A stretch of DNA of 124,000 nucleotides from Octopus vulgaris (lineage: Eukaryota), in assembly GCA_951406725.2 (NCBI GenBank), contig OX597817.1, forward strand, positions 87,936,001 through 88,060,000, in the 5' to 3' direction. The notes below the pieces were generated by a model that was not told where the DNA came from, searched no databases, and worked only from the letters and a program-made list of their open reading frames with translations. Shown one piece after another: positions 105,791-118,700 of the stretch. Position 1 is the stretch's first letter; every line of letters starts with the position of its first letter. The position numbers were made by a program, and so were the translations under genes.

Positions 105791-108700
105791 ATAAACCTTT
105801 ACATAAATAAATAACATGAAATACACGAAGGGACGAACAAAAAGACAAACGGGTCATTCAAAGCCTTCGTTCTTCAGTCAGAAACTGATTCCTCATCGCG
105901 GATACATATATATATATATACCATATCTCTTACTCAGTTTTCAGAGCTGGCACTGTAAATGTAGGCACACTGAAAGGTAGGTCTAGCAAGATTGTAGAGA
106001 TGCTTGAAAGGAGACGTGCTGATGTATGTTGCGTACAAAAGGTAAGGTGGAGAGGAGCTTCAGCCAGAGTCCTCGCAGGCAAAGCACATAGGTATAAACT
106101 CTTCTGGAAAGGTAATAGTGATGGAATAGGGGGTGTGGGCATACTTATACTTCTTGCAGAGAAATGGGTGGATAAGGTCATAGAGGTACTGAGGTTGTGC
106201 GATAGAGTATTTAAACTCAGGCTAGTCTTGCAGAATGGTATAGCTACAATTATCTCTGCTCACGCCCCACAAGCGGGCCCACCAAATGAACAGAAGGATC
106301 ACTTTTATGATATTCTTCTGCAGGCTACCTCAAAGACGAGTGACAATGATCTCATCTTCGTAGCAGGAGACTTTAATGGGTATGTCAGACAGCAATCTGA
106401 TATCTTCCATGGGGGCCATGGGGTTGGTACAAGAAATGAAGAAGGAACTAGGATCCTGGAATTCTGTGATGCAAATAACCTATTGATCTGCAACATCAAC
106501 TTCAGAAAGCCGGCTAGCTACCTGATAACCTATCAATCAGGTGATTCTGCTAGCCAGATCAATTTCATTCTCACCAGACAGCAGGATGCATGGTTGCTCT
106601 TAAATACAAAGACAATCCCTAGTAAAGAATATACCCCACAATATAGACTAGTAATTGGTGACTTTAGACTTGAGACCAGAAGGATGCCAAAAAGCAGACC
106701 AATCTGGAAAAGAAGGACTTTGAAGCTTAGGAACCCTTCACATGGTCAGAGATTTAAGGATATCAATCCTGTTTTCCTTTAGGGATATCAATCCTGTTTT
106801 CCTTTAGGGATATCAATCCTGTTTTCCTTTAGGGATATCAATCCTGTTTTCCTTTAGGGATATTCAATCCTGTTTTCCTTTAGGGATATTCAATCCTGTT
106901 TTCCTTCAGTTTCCAAACCTTGTTAGATAAGGATGTACAATTGGCTTTACGTTTGAGTCTAAAAGATGAAAAATGGTTATTGATAGGTTTTTTTCATATT
107001 TACTGAACATCCTATATATATAAAGTTTCCAGCCTCACTTATGATTGTACATTTATAAATTACATTTTGGATTAGACAGTGGCCCAATAACGGACAGTGG
107101 GATTTAACTCTATAATTGCAACCAAGAGCATTACTACTATTAACATTATTGATATTCCTATCATTATTATTATTATTATTATTATTATCACTATTATTAT
107201 TATTCCTACTACTACTACTACCATATATATATACATATATATACATTTATACACACACATATATATTTGTGTGTATGTGTGTGTTCATTCGCAGCTAATA
107301 ATTAACTACATCATAATTTAAAATTTCTCATGCATATTTTGCCTAAACCAATACATGAACACAGGAAACTCAGAGCAGCGATAAAGGGAATCAACATCAA
107401 TAAATAAACTCAATTTCTCCTATTGAGTATTTTCCCTCTCCTTGTATGCACACACACAAACACATAACATTACAACATAAATGCTGAAGAAGTATAAGAA
107501 AACCAGTTTGTATACATTCACAATCATAATATAAGAAATTTTATGTAGTCTGAAACCTACCTCAAATACTTCCACAGTAATTGTTTGTATAAACTCTGTT
107601 TCACTTTCATGACGACACTGAACCATATTAGAGAATGCAGTGAGGAGATAGATGGCTTCAGAAATTGGCATTTTTTGTAAGCTGTCAGCTAGTTGAGCTT
107701 TTCTTAATGGATCTAAAGTGAAAAATATATATACATATATTGCATAAATTACTACAAAGCCTGAAATATTTTACAATAAGGTTTTATGAAATTAATTATA
107801 TAAAGAAAATTATACTAATTATACCTCCTTAGTACTGGTATGAATGGTGGATGTGAACTATTTTGGCAAATGAACTTAGTGAATCACTGACTATTATCAC
107901 TAGATGTGGGCAGATGAACAGACGACAAACCATTAATGGCCAGGAACAACCAGTTCAGTTAACAAACTATAGCTATCATCTGCAGACATGGTGTGCACAG
108001 ATGAGATATTTCAGCAAATGAAAGACCATTGTGACTAATACCCAGGCCAGACATTAATACTTCATTACTCAATCAGAACATCTGGTGTGGAAGAGTTACA
108101 ATGGTCCAAGAAAGTCACCCAACCAGGATGGATAGCTGGATGGAATGCTGGGGACATGACAGAATGCACCAAGTACATGTTGTAAAATGGTTGCTGGTAG
108201 GAAAAGCATTCCACTACAGAAAACATACCTCAAATGAAATATACAAATGAATGGTGGACTTATAAAACTACATCACAGACTACCGCCCATCTAGGAAGGC
108301 AATAACTCCAAAAGGAAAAGAACTGATAGATGAGAGAGGAGAATCTTTGGTTCTGTTTCAGACAACCCCATGTAATGTTGGTGGCATAATATAATGTTCC
108401 CAGTCCACACTGTAAGACATTCACAACAACAAAGTTGTCCAGTTTTCTGTGTTGATGTGTGTGCTTGATGACAGAGTACAATAGGTGAGGAGATACTGTG
108501 AGATCTATGCAACCTCTGGGGAGAGAAGGAGGAAGAGTTTGGAGAGTTGAATCTGTAATACAGCTTTAATTTCCATCTGATATTTCACTGCACTTTTCAC
108601 TAAGACACTTTTGAAAAAACATGAACGTCACAACTTCAATTTAATGTTCACACCCAGTCAAAAGAAACTATTAATTACATTGTGTAACAAAGCTTTTACC

Positions 108701-109648
108701 TATTTATTTTTTGTCTTTGGTTAGTAAGTGTTAGTTCCTATTTGCTTTTATCTAGAAATCAAAGTAAATGATTAGTATTCCCCTCAAACTTTGCTTTTGT
108801 GACTGGGACATCAATGTTTTGAAACTGACCTATTTTCCATCACATTTCAGACAAATTCAACACTAAGCTGCTGAAGCAGAAATATTGTTATAGCAAATAT
108901 TCTGCTCAATACCACGAATTTGTTCGTCAGTTGCTTGACAGTAAGCACCTGAGTATGTCCCTTAGTGGCTGACAATGTGCATCTCTGAACATGAGCAAAT
109001 GCAATGGGGGAACATCATAACCATGTGTTGAGAGAGATTCTTTGGGGTTCAAATAACTGTAACACAGGGAAGTTTGAAGGAAATATTAGCCATTTTTCAT
109101 ACTTTCTAGGGATAAACAAATAGGAAATAACAGTTGCTACCCAAAGTTATACAATAATTACTGAAATAAAACTATATAAGATATTATTTGGTATACTTAT
109201 CTAAGAGTTCAATGTTCATAATGTATTTAGTCCTACTGTAAAATAATACCAATGGGGTTGTGTCTCCAAATAAATTTAGTGAGCCACATACTAAGAAACA
109301 CAGCTCTTGATCCTTTTTTAGCCTCTCACATAATTTTAGGAAATTAGTGTAGACTTAATACTAGTAAACACCAGGTTGTACAGTGGCAGCCATAAATGAG
109401 TCAAATTTTAAAATATATAAAATACTATAGTAAACTTAACCCATCATGTGTTATTGAGAAAGAGGGAGACAAAGTGGGAAGGTGATAGGGTGGGTTGTGT
109501 AAGGAGGAGGTCATGGGCTATCCTACTTAATGAGGGTAAGGACACAAGGTATGAGGGAAAGGAGATAGGAAGAGAGCAATAGACTAGGGTAACATAGACA
109601 CATACATATAGAGAGACAAAGACAGACAGACAGTGAGTGAAAAAGGAG

Positions 109649-109720
<72 letters not shown>

Positions 109721-112700
109721 GAGAGAGAGATAAAGCAGTAATTGCATTGACAGCCAAAACTCTATGTTATGCTCACAGATAGAAGATAAAGTTAATGAAA
109801 TGGTAGACAGACACAATCCTTATTATTATAATAGATTAAATATGCTTTTACATACAGAACAAAATCAATGTTTTAATATAATATTTAAAACAACTGATCA
109901 TATAAATTTTCTTTCAAAATAAATAAAAATTATGTAAGAAAATCATAAGATTGAAACCTTTTAATTCTGCTTTACACTGTTCAACGGAAGGTAAGTTATC
110001 AGGAAGTACAGATTGATTCTGTCCCATGTGCAACATCCACATGAGTTTCCATGTAGTTTCAAGGGAAACACTGGCATAAGGCATATCTGTCATATATTGC
110101 CAAGACCCCATCCTGAAAGATAAAACAAAATATATCAGGCAATTTAATAAAAATCAAAATAAAAATAATAGTTTGATTCAAAAAGTACAACAATTACAAA
110201 ACAATATCAATTGAAACTTAACTTTTCTGCTAAGGTCATGTATACCAAATAATGATTAAAGTGAATTCTTTTTATAAAGCAAAAGACCAACTTTTGAAAC
110301 ATTCCCATACTATGTTCAAGGAATAAGTGATCTACAAAGTCTCAAACATATGAAGAGATAAAAGAACTCAATTATAACAAAAATTTTTAACAAGGTCAGA
110401 AACTTTGAAAAGAGTTATAACATTGCTAAAGAATCTAATATGCTCTATATAAGGAGAACTGATGTATAAACATCAAAAAAATATCCACAGTAATTAAGAA
110501 CTCAATTAATTACTCAAATATGTTATAACATTGAAGGATATGCAGGTAGAAAAAAATATGCATGTATCTATAAAATTGGGTTAAAATGATCTTTTAGAGC
110601 AGCATATTTAGAAGACAAAGCAGAAAAGCATAAATTTCACAAATAGTTCATAATTTATGCTCAACAGTTGTTTCATTAGCAATAAACATCACTGACTGCA
110701 TGATTAAAGAATTAAGATACATAATTAATTTTAAATAATGTATATTAATTTAAAGTTATGTTTATCCCAAATCGTTATGAGTTATGCTAATCAAAAACCA
110801 TTAATACTAAAATAATCTAAAAGTCTTAGTGTGTGCCACCAACAAATACTGACAAGTCCATACTTGTTTCAAACTTTGGCATAAGACCAGCACTTTGGGG
110901 GCAAGGGAGTAAGTCAATTGCATTGACCCTAGTACTCAACTGGTACTTATTTTATCAACACTGAAAAGTTGATAGGCATAGTGGACCTCAGTGGAATTTA
111001 AACCCAGAACACAAAGACAGATGAAATTCCACTAAGCATTTTGCTCCGCATGCTAACAGTTCTGCCAACTCACCACCATAACTGACAAGTCAATATTGCA
111101 GTGTTATTTATTGCAGGAATCTACAAACATTTGCTGCTTCTAACCTATCCAATGATTTGTAACAATTAAAAATATAAAAACGTATGGCTATGTGGTTAAG
111201 AAGCTTGTTTTATTACCATGTAGCTTCAGGTTTAGTCCCATTGCATGGCACCTTAGGCACCTTCTATTACAGCCCCAAGCCAACTAATGCTTTGTGAGTG
111301 AATTTGGTAGATGGAAACTGTAGAATCCCTCGTGTGTGTGTGTGTGTTGTGTATGAATATATTATATGTTTCTTCCTACCACTGCTTGACAACTAGTGTT
111401 GGTTTGTTTATGTCCTGGTGACTTAACAGTTTATCAAGAGACTGATAAATAAGTACTGGGGTCAATTTTATTTCACTAAAACCTTCCAATGATTGAAACA
111501 AGTAAAAGATAAATTATGTCAGGATGTTACTTCATCTGTAATAACAACACATGGAAATGTCATTAAAGGAAATTTAATTTGATATAAATATGTATTTTTA
111601 CCCTAAACTAAAACAATTTAGAGAGGAGGGTCATAACAAAGAATTATCTAACAGAATTTGAAGCCTTTAGCACTCAGATTACTTTCTAAAATGTAATGCT
111701 TATTTATTCACATTATTTTGTATTAATCAGGCATTATCTTGTAGCTTAGAGATTCTGATGATGTGATTGTATATCTTTAGGTGTGCGAAGATGGATTTGG
111801 CCAGATAGAATATAAAACATGTAGAATACTTGGGTTGGTTATAGCTGGTTCAAATGCTAAAGGATTAAAGGAAAATAGCTTTATATGAGATTGATAAAAG
111901 AAGATGCTCCAGCCTTAGATATAATGGCAAACAAACCAAACAGCTTACCTTTCAGCATTAAGAATACAATGGACAGCACGTAAAAATAGCTGGTCAAACT
112001 CAACTTGTAATCGTTCAAGCATCGCTGGTGGTAAACGTTGGTTGCATTGGCGGAAACTTAACCAGTGATCTGATGTGTATAACATTATTTGCCTGTAAAA
112101 TATAATAAAATAAAGATACTGCAATGTTTAAAAACAAAATTAACAGCAGTTATAGTTATTTGCAGGTGAAATCATTACTTTAAAACAGAACACAAAAATT
112201 AAGCAAAAAAAACTTTAGTTTTTTTTTTTTAAATTAGTGTATTTACTCAGAGGATTCTTGGTCAACATTAGAGATGGCCCAAATGAGAATAGCTACCAAT
112301 AAAATATATCATATTTTAGGCCAATATGCAAATCCATATACCTGATTCTCTTGCTAAATAATTAATGGCACCATAATCTTTCCTAATATAGGTACAAGTT
112401 TTGAAATTTTGTAGGAGAGTGTTAGTCAATTACATCAACCCTAGTGTTTGACTAGTACCATTTTATTGATCCCAAATGAATGGAAAGCAAAGTTGACTTT
112501 GGCAGAATTTGAAGTCAACTTAGACAGAAAGGTACTATAAGGATCTAGAATTTTTTTTTTAAATTGTAAGCAGCTTTGCATAATTCTAACATAATAAGGG
112601 GAAAATTTGGAGCAGATGAAGAAATACCATTCAAATTACAAAAGTGATGATTCTTGTTAGATCTAGTCCATTAGAGAAGTCATTTATGACACTGCCAATA

Positions 112701-115700
112701 AAACAACAATCAGAAACAAGAAACTGTTTAGTGAAGGCAAGAATTACCAAAAAATATAAACTCAAAAGAAGAGACTTACGTGATCATGCGTCCAATTCTT
112801 TTATTCAGCTGTCGGTATCGAGAAAGAGAAAATGTCTTCAAGCCACAACTAAGAATATCGATGAGGCATGTAAAGAATGCAAAGGTTTTCATCATTATTG
112901 ATTCAGAAGTCACATTCACATCATAATGCCATGAACCTGAAAGTGAAAAAAAAAAAATTTTTTTTTTTAATGGCAGCACCAAACTAAAAATTATTTGATT
113001 TGATTTGATTGTCAAGACCAGCTCTGAAGGATTTGATGAGAAAGATATTGGTATTAAAAGCATGAGGCTGCATTTAAAGGGTTATGATGGTATTGAGGTT
113101 TGTATTATCTGCAACAGAACATATTGAAAAAAAAACAGTATAACAGCAAAACTGATGTGGTAGAAATTGGGCAGATAAAAAAATATATTTTCATTTTCAT
113201 AATAAAACTCTTCATACCAAAAGAAATAAACTAATTCTACTGGTATCAGTGAGTGAGAAAATCATTTTTCAAAACTTAGAAGAGCACCAGATATTGAAAA
113301 ACATACAATGAAGAATTATGCATATTATAATTCTGGCTGTTTTATTAGAGCTGTTGGTAATCATCATCACCATTTAAAATCTGTTTTCCATGCTGGCATG
113401 AATTTGACAGTTTGATAGGATCCAATAAATTGAAAGATTGTATTCTTCATCATCATCGTCATTTAATATCTGCTTTCCATGCTGGTATGAGTTGGACGGT
113501 TTGACTGAGAACTGGCAAGCCAGGAGGCTGCAACAGGCTCCAATCAGATTTGCATGGTTTCTACAGCTAGATGCCCTTCCTAATGCCAACCACTCTGAGA
113601 GTGTAGTGGATGCGTTTTACGTGCCACTGGCATGGGAGCCAGTCAGGCAGCACTGGCATCAGCCACATTCAAATGGTGCTTTTTACATTCCACTGGCACA
113701 GGTGCCAGTCAGGCACCACAGGTATTAGCCAAGCTCGAATGGTGCATTTTACATGCCACCAGCACAGGTGCCATTAAGGTGGCACTGGCATTGGCCACAC
113801 TCGAATGGTGCTTTTTACATGCCAGTCAGATGGCACTGGCATCAGCCATGCTCAAATGGTGCATTTTATGTGTCACCGGCACATGCTCTAATATCTGTTT
113901 TGACGTAGCTTTTGTGACTGAATGTCATTCTTAATGCTAACCACTTTACAGTGTACAGAGTAAATACAAAGTGCTTTCTTTTTGTACGTAAAAAACGCGA
114001 GGTCCCCTCACGACTTGTAGAACTAAATGTCCTACAGTGGCTCCCATAAATGAAGAGTAGAGGAAAAAGAGAGTGGGGTTTTTTTTCTGTTTGGCTGCCA
114101 CTTTTCAGTTTCCTCAATTTTTGTTCCAACTGATTTCATATTTAGTGTATTGGTGCAGTTTTGTAAAGTAATCAATGACATGAAATTCATTTTTGCCATA
114201 AATCAATAAATAAAGAGTTAATAGCTTTTAAAGTTTGCAAATTTTGGGTAATTTTAGGCAATCAAAAGGCACAGGCATATAGGTGCCTGTTTCCACAGAA
114301 ATAAGCCAAACTGTTACCAAGCTGCTTACTCACACTGTCATTTTTCACTTATTAAATGGTGGTCATGAGACTTGCTAAAAATAATAACTAAACAGGCCTT
114401 AAATCACACACCAAAATTTTTTTGTTTTTTGTTTTTACATAATCGTATGAATTCTTATGTGTAGAATACAAATTCACAAAAATTTTCTGAAAATTCCAAA
114501 AAATAAAAAAGTTACATGAGTTTATATGAAGTGTGTAAAGCAGAATTCCACCAATATTTCATTTGTTTACAGTTGACAATGTGCTGTCATGCACAAAATG
114601 AGAGTGTCCAAATCCTGTTTTAAATTATCGAACTTTAAACCACTGTAACTTTTTCTTAAAAGTTTTCTGAGAAAAGTGAATTAGTCCCTGAGACTCAGCA
114701 TGGAAAATTACATCAATACACCAAATTTTTTAATTTTCGCTAAACTTTAAAACTTCCACAGGTGCAGCCTAACAGAAAAGATCCAGAGAATGTAATGATT
114801 TTAGGCAAGATAATGGAAAGAGTGAAATATGAAAGAAACAGATTTATAGCTGTTTGAGGATAGTAACAAAGAGAGTAACAGAAGAAACACAATTTGACTA
114901 GAGAGTATGGAAGGAAAAGAATAAAGTATTGGGATTTAGTGAGAAAGGGTAGGAAAGATGGTAAGGATGATGATGAGGTGGGTTGTGTAGAGGGTGGGGC
115001 AAACATTGAAAAGAATAGATACACTCACCATCTTGGTTTAGAGTCATCATAAGAACATGTTGAAACAATTCATTGAGTGCCACTTGTCCTAACATATTAA
115101 CAACATCATTTTCCCGTAGGTATTGCCAAGCATTTTTAGGGTCTTCATTCTGAAAGAAAAATTATTAATAAAAATGGTCATGATCATGATTTTGAATATA
115201 GTCACAAGAACAAATAGAATAAAAAAAGAGTTTATCAACATCTGAAGAACGACAATCAAATTTGATCATAAATACAAAGCATGGCATGAGATAACTAAAT
115301 AAAGGTATTACAATACTTCCTTCTACAGAAAGATGAAAAGGTAAAACTAACATTTTAACTTCCATAATAATAGAAGTGTCTGACTTCGATATTCCAATAC
115401 TTTGGAAGAATAAAAATCAACATCAACAGGGTTGTAACTTCAAATTGTATTGCAAGATAATTTGACCAATACACTCAACTGATTGTGCTACCTACTCTGA
115501 CCTTTCAATAAGAATAATTCTTTCTATTTATAGAAGGATGAAAGGCAAAGTCAGCTTTGGTGGCATTTGAACTCAGAATGTAAGATCAGAAGTAATGAAC
115601 TAGACATTTTGTCCAGCATGCTAATGATTCTGCCAGCTCACTGACGCAGTAGTAGCAGCAGCAGCAGCAATAATAATAATAATAATAATAATAATAATTT

Positions 115701-118700
115701 TGCTCCAATGCTACACAATTTAAAAGATGGATATAACAGACATTTAATTTACAGTGGTTCTGTTAGCAACCCTGAACGGTTGAAAAGCAAAAATCAACCA
115801 GCAACATTTCAACACAAAATGTAAAATTAATGAAAATAAATGCTGCATCTTAAGGCAGGAAATAGTTGGATTATACAAGGTCAAGTATATGACTGTTTTT
115901 TTTTTTTTAAGGCAGAATACAGTTGGTTATAGAGAGCCAAGTATATAAATGGTATTATTTTAGGGCAGGATGTACTTAATTATATATGATTATATATGGC
116001 CAAGTATATATTACTGGTATTACTTCAGGATAGAATATATTTTATCATATAGATTCAAGTACATGACTGGTATTATTTTATCAACCTCTGAAGGGATTAT
116101 AAGCAAATATCATCAGGATTTGAACTCAAAATATAAAGGAGTATAACAAAATACTTGCAAAGCATTTTGCTTGGCAATACCATTTCTTCCATCGGCAACC
116201 AAATAATGATGAGAAGGTAAGAGGAATGATTAAAAATTGATTAAAGGAGCAGCAGTAGAAGGAGCTCATCAAAATACAGATGATGATAGATTAAAATTTT
116301 AGCATGAATTATATTAAACAGAAAGTCTTACAAGAAATGTTATTTTTTTTTTTTCTTAATAAACTTCTTCATATAATTTTAAGTGTTACCAAAAGGAGTA
116401 TGATCTTATAAGAAACCCAAACTTTAATCATACATTTTTTTATAACCTTTCCCTTTTTATATATAAAGAGAATGAAGTTACCTATTTCCAGTGCATCAAC
116501 AGAAATATGTTAGACTAACCATCTTATCTCAGTCCTTAACAGAATACTTGAATCAATAATCAACAGGCCAAAAATAAACTTTGTGACACATCTCATTATT
116601 GCAATGCTCATTTTTCTGTCTTGACATTTCTCTATTTGTACTCAAGTTGATTCCTCTATGCAACTCAACATTCTCATGTGTCATCTAACAATTTATATCT
116701 AAGTTTTCCTTAGGAGAACAAAGTTATTGTGAATAAATTTTAGCCTTAGCTTTAAATATTTACAAAGACAAATAGCATGTAGGGTTCACAGAACTACTTT
116801 CTTACAATAAAGATTTCATGAGAAAAACAAAACAAACTTTAAATGTATATCATCATCACTTTAATGTGCAATTTTCCATGCTTACATGGCTCAACAGTTT
116901 ACTGAGGCAGATTTTCTACAGCCAGATACCTTTCCTGCTGCTAACCCTCATCTGTTTCCAACCAAAGTAATACTTCTCCCTAGCCAGACATGTTCTCGCA
117001 GAATAATGGAAATGAATGCTTGTATGTCAGTGACAATCATTTACAACTATCACATAATGTCAAGACAAAGAGAAGACACTAACACATGATGAGCTTCTTT
117101 CAGTTTCTGTGTACAAAATCTACCCACAAGGCTTTGATTGGCCAAGAGCTACAGAAGACATTATGCCCAAGTATCACACAGTAGGACTGAACTTGGAACC
117201 AAATGGTTGGGAAGCAAACATCTTGCCACACAGCTGTTATATACCTGTTTTATACTAATAAATTTTCTTTACTTCACTTCACCTAAGGATAAGAATTTCT
117301 ACAAAGCAAAAAATCAATTTCATATTCTGCTGCATATCAAAAACAAGTCAGCTTGAGAAAGCACTTTTTGTTCCCAGCTATATCATCATCATCATCATCA
117401 TCATCATTTAATGTCCATTTTCCATGATAGCATGTGTTGGATGGTTTGATATCTGTTTTGGCACAGTTTCTACAGCTAGATACCATCCCTAGCACCAACC
117501 ACTTTACAAAGTGTACTAGGTGCTTTTATGCAGCACTGGCATGGGTGTTCTAGAATGTGAACTTGCAATATTATATGAATCCTGCACCTTTCAGCTAGCA
117601 TCAAATGAAACTTGCCCACCCACTACACATCTATTTTACATGTGTACACCCATGAATCAAGTCACAATAAAACATATTAAAGTAGAACTATTCTAAATGT
117701 ATTACTTCTTCGCCATCAGAATCAACCATAATCCAGGCACCATCATTGCTTTCTGTTCTTTCTTTAAGGTTGGTATTTAAATGTTGTAAGAACTGTTCAC
117801 GACCCCTGCAGGTCAAATATTAAAAAGATGTATTAGAAAGTCAAATAAGTAAAAACAAATGAAATGAAATAAACCTAAGTTAATCACAGAAGACATATAT
117901 GTATTAATGTATGGATTAGATGAAAGATGCTAAGGTCATAAACTTAGTATTAGTTATTGATTTTGACTTTAATCATTAATAGTAACAATAAAACTTAATC
118001 ATTAATATTGAAATAATATGTAAGCATTAATATTGAAATAATAAATTATCTAATCATTAATGCTCGTAATAATACATAACCATTAATGTTGACATAATAG
118101 TTACATAATCATTAATACTGAAATAATCACTACATGATCATTAATGTTAATAATAATGCATTATCATTAACATTGTAAACTTACTTGATTGGTTGAAGAA
118201 TTGTAGCCAAAACAGTAACCATGTGATCTAGACTTGGACTGACAAACGTTGTCTCATCAATGTTCACTAACAGTGGAATTTGTATGTACTGGGCTGCCCA
118301 AGATCCCACACCAGCTGGACATCGGAGGACATGGTTTAATAGAAACAAATGATCCTCAAAGGAGGCTACTCTCAGTAACACAGATACCTATAAGCAGAAA
118401 ATGAAATAACTTTTAAACACCTGTGATTCATTTTGATATCATTATATCAATCAGAGGTACATTTTCCCATAAAAAATACTGGGCCGACATTTCAAATGAA
118501 TAACTAAGAATTTACATAGGAAAACTTCTCTGCATTCAGAGGGCACAGCTCCTGTACTGTGGATATGTAATTAGAACAGTTCAACAAAGATCCACAAGAC
118601 AGATTCTTGAAGCTGAGCCAACCAAAAAGAGATCAAGGGGTAGATCAAAATGAGATGGTTGAATAATATCCAGAGTTTAAGTTGGTCATGCATAAGAATC

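Noticed and set aside
106764-106906. CRISPR-like regular repeat
   Set aside because: The units are head-to-tail without spacers, the context is eukaryotic, and there are no cas genes.
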